Source: Candidatus Aminicenantes bacterium (GTDB lineage Bacteria; Acidobacteriota; Aminicenantia; Aminicenantales; Aminicenantaceae). Taken from it: DNA of 64,000 nt. The stretch is taken from positions 10,075 to 74,074 of the forward strand of contig WVZL01000016.1 in assembly GCA_011772495.1 (NCBI GenBank). Direction: 5' to 3'. Shown one piece after another: positions 18,686 through 28,497 of this stretch. The first letter of the stretch is position 1; every line of letters begins with the position of its first letter. The notes below the pieces were generated by a model. The model saw only the letters and a program-made list of their open reading frames with translations. It searched no databases and had not been told where the DNA came from. The translations under genes and the position numbers were made by a program.

Positions 18686-20863
18686 TTATATTCTCCACCA
18701 GTAGGAGAATTTGAGAAAGACGCTGTAGCCTTCTCGCTTATAATGGCCGAACTCGTCTTTCAAGAGGTTACTGTCCAGACCTAGGAAAAACACCGTACCC
18801 GGCTTCAGGATCCAGCTCACCAAGAAGCTGCCGTACCATTCTTTGTAATAGTGGTTGTAATCTACGATGGCTCTTAAGGATAAGGTCTTAGATATCTGGT
18901 AAGTTGTCCTCTGCCGAATCACATTGTAATCCCAGAGCTGCTCCCCTCCTTTTTCTTCCCAGAACGTGCTCTTGCTTAAATCCACCGCCATCTGTAACCT
19001 CTTACTGGGTTTGAAGTTGAGGTAAAGACCGTAAGTGTTGTTCCAGCCAAGAAAGGGATCATCCGGGTCATAATTGATGCTGTCGCCTGTCTCGAAGTAA
19101 AAGACTAGGGGCATCCAGGCGATTAAATTGGTTTCGCCCTGTATCTCGAGGGAGTTTCTTCTAAAGTCGATTCCTTCGTACCTCTCCATTTGCCGCCTGA
19201 ATCCGACATTCATCCGGCTCCATTGATTGAATTCCAAATAAAGTTCCCCTGTAGTCCATATATCCTGCGCATCGCTCCCGAAATAATCATTCCGTTGGCC
19301 CGCCCTTAGGTTAATGCCCCACATATTCAAAAATTCTTTCTCAGGATAGAATCGGAAGCTCAGGTAAGACCCGAGCATTTTATAATCCACCCGGTTGACA
19401 AAACCTGAGGAAGCTTCAAAATCAGGGTGGAACGACATCCAGTACAGCCCAGCATACATTTTTTTGGTGTAATAAAAAAAGTCAGCATACAGGGCAGGTG
19501 CAAACTCGGTTTCCTCTTCTCCGAATTTTGACTTGGAGGTAAGGGCTTGAAAAGTGAAAAAGTATTTATTCTGGAACCTTAAGGCTCCATCAATCCCGGC
19601 AACGCGATTATATGAGCCATTGATCTCCTTATCAGCCAGAGAGAATCCTAAGTAAGAATCCGTAGAGACATCGGTCTTCAGGCGGAAGATGTTGAAGAGA
19701 GCATTGTCATCCTCGTTGACTCCTCCGTTAGAAACTTCCCAGAGGCTCTCGGTGGGATTGAGATCATAGGCAGTGAGCAAACCATAAGTGAAGCGTCCAA
19801 TTTTCCCGGTGGCTTTTCCACCGATGATGGGGTCGATAATCCTGCGGGTGTAGACCATCTCAATCTGGGGAAATTGAAATATCTCCATCCCTTCGAGGAA
19901 AAAGGGCCTCTTTTCTGAGTAATAGAGGGCAAACCTCTGGTTGATATCGATCTGCGGTGCGTCGGCTTCGATGTGGCTGAAATCCGGATTGAGGGTGAAA
20001 TCTAGGGTTAGATCAGAACTGATACCGTACTTGATATTGGCTCCTGGCTGAAAGTCGGCTTTCTCATCCTGGGTTTTCAAGGAAGTCAGGACAGGCATGA
20101 TCTCCAGGTTCTTGCCCCTTTCCACTTCCCCCAAGATTGTGACCTGACCTTCCTGGGCGAGTATTCCAGGTATCTCTCTCGTTAATACAGGCCAGGCTAC
20201 GATTTCACCGTTGCGGGGAATGTTTCTCCCGAAAGTGATTCCCCAGACTTTCCGTTCTTTATTGGGAAACCGGATGCTCTTGAAAGGAATGGCCATTTCA
20301 ACCGTATAGCCTTCTTCATCGATCTTTCCGTCCGAATAGAATACCGTGTCCCAGCTGTCATCCATTCTATCGTTTCCCCCTGTTTCGATGCGAATGCTAT
20401 CAAACTGGACGCCCAATGGATTTATGATGAATGAGAAAGCCCGGCGCTTCTCGTTGAAAGTATCCAGAAAAACAAATACCCAGTCATCCTCGATACAGCC
20501 GTCACGGTTGGTCACCGAGGCCCTGATTTTCTTGGCCTCAGTATCGTTACAGCGGAAAGCAAAGTATAAATTCTTGTGGTCATAACCGATGTAAGCTACG
20601 GTTTTTTGAGTCGGCTCGCCCTTCTCTTTAGGGACAAACTGGAGAAAATTTTCTATTTTTATAGCCTCGTTCTCCCAGAGGGGATTGTCTAAGACTCCGT
20701 CTATTTTGGGCTTATTAGAAAGCCTGGGAATGTTCAAGGTCTTCTCATCAGAAGAATTGGAAAATTGAGGAAAGAGAAAAAGGCTCAACAAGAATATCAG
20801 TCCAACTGAGATTTTCATCCTGGCGGCGGCCATTGGAATCTGGGTGTTTCCTTTCATCATCAT
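18686..20863 (-). CDS. Outer-membrane-associated protein with N-terminal CBM9-like domain (DUF5916-type architecture)
   Basis: Signal peptide, then IDGVLDNPLWENEA..AYIGYDHKNLYFAFRC (CBM9-like), then a long beta-rich region with alternating aromatic residues. AAGGAG abuts three consecutive ATGs, so the third (20857) has the best spacing. Confidence 0.6.
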   Translation of the reverse strand: MMMKGNTQIPMAAARMKISVGLIFLLSLFLFPQFSNSSDEKTLNIPRLSNKPKIDGVLDNPLWENEAIKIENFLQFVPKEKGEPTQKTVAYIGYDHKNLYFAFRCNDTEAKKIRASVTNRDGCIEDDWVFVFLDTFNEKRRAFSFIINPLGVQFDSIRIETGGNDRMDDSWDTVFYSDGKIDEEGYTVEMAIPFKSIRFPNKERKVWGITFGRNIPRNGEIVAWPVLTREIPGILAQEGQVTILGEVERGKNLEIMPVLTSLKTQDEKADFQPGANIKYGISSDLTLDFTLNPDFSHIEADAPQIDINQRFALYYSEKRPFFLEGMEIFQFPQIEMVYTRRIIDPIIGGKATGKIGRFTYGLLTAYDLNPTESLWEVSNGGVNEDDNALFNIFRLKTDVSTDSYLGFSLADKEINGSYNRVAGIDGALRFQNKYFFTFQALTSKSKFGEEETEFAPALYADFFYYTKKMYAGLYWMSFHPDFEASSGFVNRVDYKMLGSYLSFRFYPEKEFLNMWGINLRAGQRNDYFGSDAQDIWTTGELYLEFNQWSRMNVGFRRQMERYEGIDFRRNSLEIQGETNLIAWMPLVFYFETGDSINYDPDDPFLGWNNTYGLYLNFKPSKRLQMAVDLSKSTFWEEKGGEQLWDYNVIRQRTTYQISKTLSLRAIVDYNHYYKEWYGSFLVSWILKPGTVFFLGLDSNLLKDEFGHYKREGYSVFLKFSYWWRI

Positions 20864-20963
20864 CTCCTTCTTGTAAGATCTGGCTCTCCCTGTTCTTCTC
20901 TTAAGTATACGGAAAAAGGTGGAAAAAGGTTCAGGCGGGAAAAAAATATCTCATCAGGAAAAA

Positions 20964-21197
20964 TTATGCCTGGTCGAGGAAAGAAATTCCCCATTCCCCT
21001 GACTCGTGTCTCTCCAGCTGCACCATTTCTCCTTCCATCTTGCAGATGAAAACTTCGTATCTTTTTCCTGATCCTTGGTCCAGGACTCTTTTCCTCTCCA
21101 CAATCTCTTCTATCTTGAATTCCCGTTCTCCCATAACGACCGACCTGGGAGTCTCGTCTCCTTTATAGCCAGAGTGGAATTTAACTTCGAATTTCAA
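20964..21197 (-). CDS. Small hypothetical protein (77 aa)
   Basis: A stand-alone ORF with a plausible globular composition. No motif is recognised. Confidence 0.4.
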   Translation of the reverse strand: MKFEVKFHSGYKGDETPRSVVMGEREFKIEEIVERKRVLDQGSGKRYEVFICKMEGEMVQLERHESGEWGISFLDQA

Positions 21198-21456
21198 AGT
21201 GACTTCTTTCTGGGAAGGAAATCTGATTGGCTTTTATTTTATTATATGCTGTTCAGACTGTCAAAAATTATTCCCGGATCGTATTCAGTACGATTCGACT
21301 CCAATATCTGGCTAGTTTACTCTTTGTACATAAACAGCCAACCAAGACAACGTAAATAAATAAGCAGAAAATGTTGCCAAAAGAGAATAAGAAAATTATA
21401 ATTCTCTCACTATTTTTAATAATAAGAAGAATGACTCTCGAGAAGAAAAGGAGGAA

Positions 21457-22128
21457 ATGATGGACCGAAAAATTCCCAAATCTTATCTGGGCATCGTCAT
21501 AATGCTCGGCGCTGTATGGGGATTATCCGAGGCAGCCCTGGGCATGGGGCTAAGAAGCTGTGCTGCTTTTGTTTCAGGCTCTATCATGACCGGTGCGGCT
21601 CTCTTTTTCATAGCTGCAAGCTGGGTCGTCTCCAGGCGAATCCTGGGTGTGGCTTTGCTCATCGTCATCGCGAGCCTCTTTAAAATGTTTGATGCCTTGC
21701 TTCTTTCCCTGCCGGTGCAGCATGGAGCTGTCGCCAACCCGATCTTTGCCTTTATGATGGAAGGTGCGGCCTTCCTGATTCTCGTTTCCATAGTCAGTCA
21801 AAAGGCGAAACAGCAAAGAGCTGGGCAGGCAATCCTGGGCGGAATGGCAGCCCTGCTGGCCATAAACCTCTTTCCCCTGGTCAAATACGTAACCGGTATT
21901 CCAGCCTGTGTCTTCCCGGGAACAGGCTATCCTCTCTCTCTGTATTACGCGCCTCTGGCTGTTTCTCTTTCCTTGGTCACCGTCCCTCTCGGCTTGTGGG
22001 CTGGAGCTCAAGTAGAAGCCCTAGAGACAAAACTTATGGCGAACCAAGCAAGAAGATTAGGTTACCTCGTTTCTCCTGCGACTCTCACCTTATTTCTCGT
22101 AGTCATCGCCCTTATCAGGTTGATATAA
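21457..22128 (+). CDS. Hypothetical polytopic membrane protein upstream of the molybdoenzyme genes
   Basis: AAGGAGG lies immediately before ATGATG (start at 21457 or 21460). Six to seven hydrophobic helices. No family is recognised. Confidence 0.5.
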   Translation: MMDRKIPKSYLGIVIMLGAVWGLSEAALGMGLRSCAAFVSGSIMTGAALFFIAASWVVSRRILGVALLIVIASLFKMFDALLLSLPVQHGAVANPIFAFMMEGAAFLILVSIVSQKAKQQRAGQAILGGMAALLAINLFPLVKYVTGIPACVFPGTGYPLSLYYAPLAVSLSLVTVPLGLWAGAQVEALETKLMANQARRLGYLVSPATLTLFLVVIALIRLI

Positions 22129-22150
22129 TCTGATCTTTTTATGGAGAGAG

Positions 22151-22780
22151 ATGATGGAAAAGAAAAGCAAGAAAAGAAAAACCTTCACCCGAAGGGATTT
22201 CCTGAAAGGATTCGGCGGAGGAGCCTTGGGTGCTGCCGTTGTTCCCAAGTACCTTCCCCCAGCCCCAGCCGTTCTCCAGACCAAAGAAGGAAAAATCCCG
22301 CATTATTCCAGAAAGCAAATCACGATCACTGTCAACCAGAAAAATTACTCTCTTGAAGTTGAGCCTAGGGAAACTCTCCTCCAAGTGCTCAGGGAAAGGT
22401 TGAACCTGACCGGAACCAAAATGACCTGCGACCGCGGAGAATGCGGAGACTGCACAGTTCTCCTGGACGGAATTCCCGTTTACTCCTGTCTCACTCTCGC
22501 TTTGAGAACCGACGGGGCGAAAATCACCACTATCGAGGGTCTGGCAGATAAGGAGAAACTTCATCCCATCCAACAGGCTTTTATCGACAAGGATGCATAC
22601 CAGTGCGGTTTCTGTACTCCCGGATTTATCATTTCTTCTGTGGCCTTGCTCAAAGGAAATAAAAACCCCGATTTGGAAGAAATCAAGTCAGGGCTGGCGG
22701 GAAACATCTGCCGCTGTGGGAACTATTCTAATATCTACGAAGCTGTGTCCGCGGCCTCAAAAAGAATGGGGAGCTCTTAA
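22151..22780 (+). CDS. [2Fe-2S] small subunit of a xanthine-dehydrogenase-family molybdoenzyme, Tat-exported (PaoA-like)
   Basis: Twin-arginine signal TRRDFLKGFGGGALGAAVV. Cluster motifs CDRGECGDCTV and CGFCTPGFI..CRCGNY. Confidence 0.9.
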   Translation: MMEKKSKKRKTFTRRDFLKGFGGGALGAAVVPKYLPPAPAVLQTKEGKIPHYSRKQITITVNQKNYSLEVEPRETLLQVLRERLNLTGTKMTCDRGECGDCTVLLDGIPVYSCLTLALRTDGAKITTIEGLADKEKLHPIQQAFIDKDAYQCGFCTPGFIISSVALLKGNKNPDLEEIKSGLAGNICRCGNYSNIYEAVSAASKRMGSS

Positions 22781-22781
22781 A

Positions 22782-25043
22782 ATGAGAAAAAGAAAAGAGT
22801 TATCCGGAATAGAAGAAGACAGTCTCCTCTACCACGAAGAATTCAGGGATAAGGAGACAGAAGAGCCCGCAGTTTTGCCTGCCCCAGAAAAAGAAGAATT
22901 CAAGATTCTCGGCAAATCCACGACGAGAATAGACGGCCAAAAAATCGTTACCGGTCAAGCTCTCTACACGCATGACATCAAACTCAGGGGAATGCTCTGC
23001 GGAAAAATCCTGAGATCCCCGTTTGCCTGTGCTGAAGTCGTTTCCGTGGACTTGAGTGAAGCTCAAAACCTGCCAGGAGTCCATGCAGTTCTCCAGTTAA
23101 GAACGGGGCGCGTCAATTATGCTGGCGAACAGGTGGCAGCTGTGGCAGCAGTGGATGAAAAGACAGCCGATAAAGCTCTGAGATTGATCAAAGTCATCTA
23201 CAATCCTCTCCCTTTTGCTGTCACCGAAGAGAAGGCCAAGCAAGAAGGAGCGCCTCGGGTTCACCAAGTGGCGAATGTCCAGAAGTTCAATGATTATAGC
23301 CGGGGAGACATCGAAAAAGGATTCAAGGAAGCCGATGTTGTCCTAGAGCGTAACTATAAAACAGCGGTGGAGGTCCATCAGCCTGCTGAGACCCATGCCA
23401 GTATCGCCAAATGGGATGGAGAGAGATTAACGGTCTGGGATTCAACCCAGGCCATTTTTAATGTCAGAGACGGTCTCGCTCGGGTTCTGAAAATACCGGC
23501 CAGCCGAATAAAAGTCATAAAAACCTATATGGGTGGTGGATTCGGAAGTAAGCTAGGTTTGAATGATTACACGGTTGTGGCCGCTCTGCTGGCCAAAAAA
23601 GCCAAGAGGCCGGTGAAGATCATACTCTCCCGGAAAGACAATTCCCTCTGCGTCGGCAACCGTCCTTCCTCTCATCAGACCATCAAAGGCGGAGTTAAGA
23701 AAGATGGCACCCTCACTGCCCTCCACCTTAAAAATTACACCTGCGGCGGAATTAGTAGAGGCGACCAATGCTCTGAGCCCATCATCGATGTTTACCGCTG
23801 CCCCAACTTGAAGGTCGAAGAGTACTCTGTCTTCACCCATACCGGAGCATCCCGACCCACCAGAGCTCCAGGTCACGTTCAGGGGACTTTTGCTTTAGAA
23901 GGATTCATGGAGGAATTAGCGGCGGAAATCAACCTGGACCCCTTAGAGCTGAGGAAAAAAAATTATTCCACCAAGAACGAGGGTGACACAGGAATTCCCT
24001 ATTCCTCCAAAGGCTTGGACAAATGCTATCAATCGGGAGCTGAGAAAATTGACTGGCAAAGGAGGAATAAAAGGCCTGGAGAAGGAAAGGGCAGGCTGCG
24101 CCGAGGACTGGGAATGGCCAGTCAGATATGGTGGGGTGTTGGAAGAGAAGAAACTCTGGCCGATATCAAACTCCATCAAGACGGTAGCGTTCAAGTCGTC
24201 TGCGGTACCCAAGACATCGGGGGAGGAACACGAACCTACATGGCAACGGTTACGGCTGAAACTCTCGGATTGAAACCCAAAGAAGTGACCGTAAAGATTG
24301 GAGAAACCGTCTATCCCTGGTGCGGCTCTTCAGGCGGAAGCACCACCACTCCTTCGGTCGCTCCCGCAGCAAGGGATGCAGCCCTTAAAGCAGCTGAATA
24401 CTTGAAACAGCAGGCTGCAAAAAAGCTTAACCTAGAGGCTTCTGAGGTGGTCATCCAAGATAAAAAGCTTGTCAATAAGAACAACCCTTCTCAATCTGTA
24501 GCCATCAAAGAACTTCTCGGAGAGCGCCTCTGGGAAAAAGTCTTTCATGGCGAATACACAGGCCGCCCTTCCGAGTTTGCCTACAACACCTTCGGCGCCC
24601 ACTTCGCCGAAGTTCAGGTCGATACAGAGACAGGCCAGATAAAAGTCCTCAAGGTCGTTGCTGCTCATGACTCCGGAAGAATCATTAATAAACTCACGGC
24701 AGAGAGCCAAGTCATCGGCGGGGTCACTCAAGGAGTGAGCACGGCTCTCTTCGAAGAAAGAATCATGGATGACAGCACTGGAAACCCAGTGAACCCGAAC
24801 ATGAGAGACTACAAAATCGCCACCTCGCTCGATATCCCAGAGATCATTCCTCTGTTTGCTGACATGATTGATCCAAGAATAAACAATCTGGGGAGCAAAG
24901 GATTGGGGGAACCTCCAAGGATCCCAAGTTCTGCAGCTGTAGCCAACGCAGTTTACAATGCTATCGGAGTCCATATCAGGGAGATCCCTATGACTCCAGA
25001 CAAAGTCCTTGAAGCCTTGAAGAGGAAGGAGGTGGCCCGATGA
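22782..25043 (+). CDS. Molybdopterin-binding large subunit of a xanthine-dehydrogenase-family enzyme (PaoC/CoxL-like)
   Basis: The ATG at 22782 follows the small-subunit stop by one base; the ORF-track N-terminal 63 aa overlap that gene in another frame. Typical motifs: GKSTTRIDGQKIVTGQALYTHD, MGGGFGSK, GTQDIGGGTRT, GLGEPP. Confidence 0.9.
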   Translation: MRKRKELSGIEEDSLLYHEEFRDKETEEPAVLPAPEKEEFKILGKSTTRIDGQKIVTGQALYTHDIKLRGMLCGKILRSPFACAEVVSVDLSEAQNLPGVHAVLQLRTGRVNYAGEQVAAVAAVDEKTADKALRLIKVIYNPLPFAVTEEKAKQEGAPRVHQVANVQKFNDYSRGDIEKGFKEADVVLERNYKTAVEVHQPAETHASIAKWDGERLTVWDSTQAIFNVRDGLARVLKIPASRIKVIKTYMGGGFGSKLGLNDYTVVAALLAKKAKRPVKIILSRKDNSLCVGNRPSSHQTIKGGVKKDGTLTALHLKNYTCGGISRGDQCSEPIIDVYRCPNLKVEEYSVFTHTGASRPTRAPGHVQGTFALEGFMEELAAEINLDPLELRKKNYSTKNEGDTGIPYSSKGLDKCYQSGAEKIDWQRRNKRPGEGKGRLRRGLGMASQIWWGVGREETLADIKLHQDGSVQVVCGTQDIGGGTRTYMATVTAETLGLKPKEVTVKIGETVYPWCGSSGGSTTTPSVAPAARDAALKAAEYLKQQAAKKLNLEASEVVIQDKKLVNKNNPSQSVAIKELLGERLWEKVFHGEYTGRPSEFAYNTFGAHFAEVQVDTETGQIKVLKVVAAHDSGRIINKLTAESQVIGGVTQGVSTALFEERIMDDSTGNPVNPNMRDYKIATSLDIPEIIPLFADMIDPRINNLGSKGLGEPPRIPSSAAVANAVYNAIGVHIREIPMTPDKVLEALKRKEVAR

Positions 25044-26014
25044 AAAATTTCAGCCTGGCTGAACCCCAGACTATCGAGCAAGTCAAGGCGTTTTTGAGTG
25101 AGAGGAGGGAGAAGTCTTTCCTGCTGGCAGGAGGAACCGACATCCTTGGAGAAATCAAGGATGAGATCATCGATCCTGAAATCATGGTGGATTTGAAATC
25201 TATTCCCAACCTATCTTACATTCGAAAGGAGAAGGATGGAGTGCGCATCGGGGCCCTGACCAGTCTGGCTGAACTGGCTGAGAATCCCCTGATTGAGAAT
25301 GATTTCCCTGGACTCCACGAAGCAGCCAAATCTGTGGCCACTCCTCAACTCCGGAATATGGGGACTGTTGGAGGCAACCTCTGCCAGAAACCCCGGTGCT
25401 GGTATTATCGGGATCCCCAAGTCAAATGCCGTAAAAAGGGAGGAAGCAGATGCTTTGCCCTAGGGGGAAGGAACAAGTATCATGCAATATTTGGAGGAGG
25501 ACCTTGCTATATTGTCCATCCTTCTGATTTAGCTCCTGCCCTTATTTCTCTCGATGCCAAGATTTCAATCGCTGCCCCCAAGGGAGAGAAAACCATTCCT
25601 CTGGCGGATTTCTATGTTCTTCCCAGGGTCAATGTTCGCCAGGAGAATGTCCTTGGCTCTGATGAATTCGTGAGAGAAATCACAGTTCCTCCTGTTAAGA
25701 GAGGAGAAAAAAGCACCTATTATAAACTGAAGGAACGAGGAGCTTGGGATTTTGCCCTCCTTTCGGCTGCGGTAAAAGGAGTGGTTTCTGGAGGGATTTT
25801 CAGCGATATAAGAATAGTTTTGGGAGGAGTGGCTCCTGTTCCCTGGAGACTGGAAAAAGCTGAAAACATGATCAAAGGAAAGGCGGCTACGGAAGAGCTT
25901 CTGAGACAAGCTGCTCAAGAGACTTTAAAGGAAGCCCGAGCCTTGAAGGATAACGGATATAAAAAGGACCTTCTCGAGGTTGTACTCTCCAGGGCCACCT
26001 TAATGCTGGTTTGA
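25040..26014 (+). CDS. FAD-binding medium subunit of a xanthine-dehydrogenase-family enzyme (PaoB/CoxM-like)
   Basis: LLAGGTDILGEIKD and MGTVGGNLCQ motifs, plus a Cys-rich insert CQKPRCWYYRDPQVKCRKKGGSRC. ATGA overlap with the preceding gene. Confidence 0.85.
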   Translation: MKNFSLAEPQTIEQVKAFLSERREKSFLLAGGTDILGEIKDEIIDPEIMVDLKSIPNLSYIRKEKDGVRIGALTSLAELAENPLIENDFPGLHEAAKSVATPQLRNMGTVGGNLCQKPRCWYYRDPQVKCRKKGGSRCFALGGRNKYHAIFGGGPCYIVHPSDLAPALISLDAKISIAAPKGEKTIPLADFYVLPRVNVRQENVLGSDEFVREITVPPVKRGEKSTYYKLKERGAWDFALLSAAVKGVVSGGIFSDIRIVLGGVAPVPWRLEKAENMIKGKAATEELLRQAAQETLKEARALKDNGYKKDLLEVVLSRATLMLV

Positions 26015-26043
26015 AAACACAAAAATAAAAGAGGAGGTAGAAT

Positions 26044-27192
26044 ATGAAGAGATTTTTCCTGAAGAAATCATTCTTGCTGGGATTATGTGTATTCTGGATC
26101 CTGGGAGGAATTCTTCTTTCTCAAGACCAAGAGAGATTTTTTGATAAAGAACTCAATCCCGAAGAAATCAGGCTCACCATATTTTCTCCAACTGTATCAA
26201 GAATAGAACCCCTGGTTGAGCTCAGAAAAAAGGGGCTAATCCCCAGCGAGAACCTCGTCGTTATAGGAGTCTACCACACCAAAGAAAGCATCGATTACCA
26301 GAAAGCTAAGGAATTCGTAGAGCAGAACAAGCTGGAATGGCTCAAGTTTCATGAGATTTCTGCACCTTTGAGTAAAGACAACCTCTTTCAGCTCAACTCC
26401 TGCACGATGGAGTTTGAGGCGATATTTAAGAAATCAGATGGGATCATATTCCTGGGAGGCGGCGATATTCCTCCCTCCCTATACCAGAAAAAAACCAGCC
26501 TCCTCACTGACATCGTGACTCCCTACCGCCACTTTCTAGAGCTGTCCTTTATTTATCATCTCCTGGGCGGATACCAGGATCGAGATTTTCAAGGCTTTCT
26601 TGAATTAGACCCAGAATTTCCTATCCTGGGCATATGTTTGGGCTTCCAGAGCCTCAATGTAGGCACCGGGGGAACGCTGGTCCAGGATATCTGGAAAGAG
26701 GTTTACGGAAAAAAATTCCTGGAAGATGCAACAAGGCTTCCTAAAGAAAAGTGGCATAACAACCCCTACCAGGACCTGTATCCTAAACAAGGTCTGCGTG
26801 CGCGCAACATACATCCCATTAAGCTAAAGAAGAAGGCAAAAATCTGGGCAGTATTGGGCTTTACGCTGGAAGATCAGCCTTATATCCTCAGCAGTCATCA
26901 CCAGGCACTGGGCAAACTGGGAAAAGGATTTGAGATCGCTGCCACTTCCTTGGATGGCAAAGTCGTGGAAGCCTTAGAACATGAATCCTTCCCCAATGTT
27001 CTAGGAATCCAGTTCCATCCTGAAGCCACAGACATCTGGGGTCCAGAGGTCATTTTTAAACTGACCCCCAGAGATAAAGAAGAAAAAAGCTACCGGGTTT
27101 TTCTCCAGGAGCATCCTCCGAGCCTCGACTTTCATCAGAAGATCTGGTCCTGGTTCAGCCAGAAAATCCTGGAATTTCACAAAAAAAAGTAG
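26044..27192 (+). CDS. Exported class-I glutamine-amidotransferase-like hydrolase (peptidase C26 / gamma-glutamyl hydrolase-like)
   Basis: Signal peptide or anchor. Nucleophile elbow ILGICLGFQSLNV, then SSHHQA and GIQFHPE (Cys-His-Glu triad pattern). Confidence 0.75.
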   Translation: MKRFFLKKSFLLGLCVFWILGGILLSQDQERFFDKELNPEEIRLTIFSPTVSRIEPLVELRKKGLIPSENLVVIGVYHTKESIDYQKAKEFVEQNKLEWLKFHEISAPLSKDNLFQLNSCTMEFEAIFKKSDGIIFLGGGDIPPSLYQKKTSLLTDIVTPYRHFLELSFIYHLLGGYQDRDFQGFLELDPEFPILGICLGFQSLNVGTGGTLVQDIWKEVYGKKFLEDATRLPKEKWHNNPYQDLYPKQGLRARNIHPIKLKKKAKIWAVLGFTLEDQPYILSSHHQALGKLGKGFEIAATSLDGKVVEALEHESFPNVLGIQFHPEATDIWGPEVIFKLTPRDKEEKSYRVFLQEHPPSLDFHQKIWSWFSQKILEFHKKK

Positions 27193-27303
27193 AAAGAGTA
27201 GGGCCAGGTCTCTATTATCTTAAACCTGGAGACTTATCCCCATTTGATAGAAATCCTGTATTTTTTCTCCAGGTGGGATTATATTTAAGTCAGAAGAAAA
27301 ATC

Positions 27304-28437
27304 ATGGATAAGATACATCCTCTCCTGGACAAAGCCAAACAGACTCAAGCCAAACGCTATGAGAAGGAAAAGCGTTTGCTCGGGCTGGTCGGGGCGGTTC
27401 TTTCTTTAGTCATCCTGATAGCCTTTTATTACAGCGGATTGAGCACCTGGTTGTCCAACCTCCAGATCGGGAACTCCATCATCTGGACCTTTCTCTTATA
27501 TATGAACTCTCTTTATATTCTATCAACCTTATTAGGACTGCCGCTGGCTTTTTATACGAGTTATCTCCACGAGCATAAATGGAACTTCTCCAACCACACC
27601 GTAAAAAGCTGGTCCTGGGAAAAGCTTAAATCTTTTCTATTAGGATTAATCCTTATGATTTTATTGCTCGGATTGCTCTTCTGGATCATGGGCTTTACTC
27701 CCCGCTACTGGTGGTTGATCGCAGGCTTGACTATGGCGGTGGTGAGTGTGATCTTCGCTACTCTGTTTCCCGTTGTTATCCTCCCCATCTTCAATAAATA
27801 CACGCCTATCCAGAGTGCAGAGCTGACCGAGGCTCTGGAAAAAATCCTTTCTAGGGAAGGTTTAAAAAGCGGCGGCTTCTTCATGGAAGATAAGAGTCGA
27901 CAGACGAAGAAAGAAAATGCCTTCCTGGCTGGATTGGGGAAGACCAGGAGAGTAGTCCTGGCTGATAACCTGATGAAAAACATGTCTGTCTCAGAGATTG
28001 AATCGATCATCGCCCACGAGGTCGGTCATTATAAGTTCAAACATATCTGGAAAAGCATAGCCCTGGGAACACTGCAGCAGTTGATTGTATTTTACGTCCT
28101 GAATAAGACTATGATTTGGATATTTCCCCAGTTCCTCGCTTCTACAGAGTGGAACCTCGCTCTGTTTCCCTTTTTTATTATCTTCCTGACCGTTATTTCG
28201 ACCTTTCTTTTCGGCCCTTTGAGCCAGGCCATCTCTCGGCATTTCGAGAGAGAAGCGGACCGGATTTCTCTTCAAATGATAGAGGACAAGAAAGCTTTCC
28301 TGACTGCCATGTCTGGACTGGCTGATCGCAATCTCCTGAACGCTTACCCAGAATGGTGGGTCAAGCTTCTGTATTATTCCCATCCGCCGATTGGAGAACG
28401 CTTGGCCATGGCGGAAAATTTCATCAAAAAAATTTAG
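27304..28437 (+). CDS. M48 family (Ste24/HtpX-like) integral-membrane zinc metalloprotease
   Basis: Multiple N-terminal TM helices, HEVGHYKFKH zinc motif, downstream FEREADR, C-terminal HPPIGERL. Confidence 0.85.
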   Translation: MDKIHPLLDKAKQTQAKRYEKEKRLLGLVGAVLSLVILIAFYYSGLSTWLSNLQIGNSIIWTFLLYMNSLYILSTLLGLPLAFYTSYLHEHKWNFSNHTVKSWSWEKLKSFLLGLILMILLLGLLFWIMGFTPRYWWLIAGLTMAVVSVIFATLFPVVILPIFNKYTPIQSAELTEALEKILSREGLKSGGFFMEDKSRQTKKENAFLAGLGKTRRVVLADNLMKNMSVSEIESIIAHEVGHYKFKHIWKSIALGTLQQLIVFYVLNKTMIWIFPQFLASTEWNLALFPFFIIFLTVISTFLFGPLSQAISRHFEREADRISLQMIEDKKAFLTAMSGLADRNLLNAYPEWWVKLLYYSHPPIGERLAMAENFIKKI

Positions 28438-28497
28438 TTAGCCGGGCAACCTTTTCCCCTCCTGCTTCATCATTCTATAGTAAGGAGAGGAATACAG

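Noticed and set aside
20911-20930. Exact tandem 10-mer GGAAAAAGGT x2, about 50 nt upstream of the DUF5916-type gene (minus strand).
   Set aside because: Two units of an A-rich 10-mer are too short to interpret. There are no further copies in the window and no associated promoter or hairpin that I could define.
27228-27272. Inverted repeat CTGGAGA ... TCTCCAG after the C26 hydrolase gene, considered as a terminator.
   Set aside because: The stem is only 7 bp with a 31-nt loop, and the T-run precedes rather than follows the 3-prime arm. This is not a convincing intrinsic terminator.
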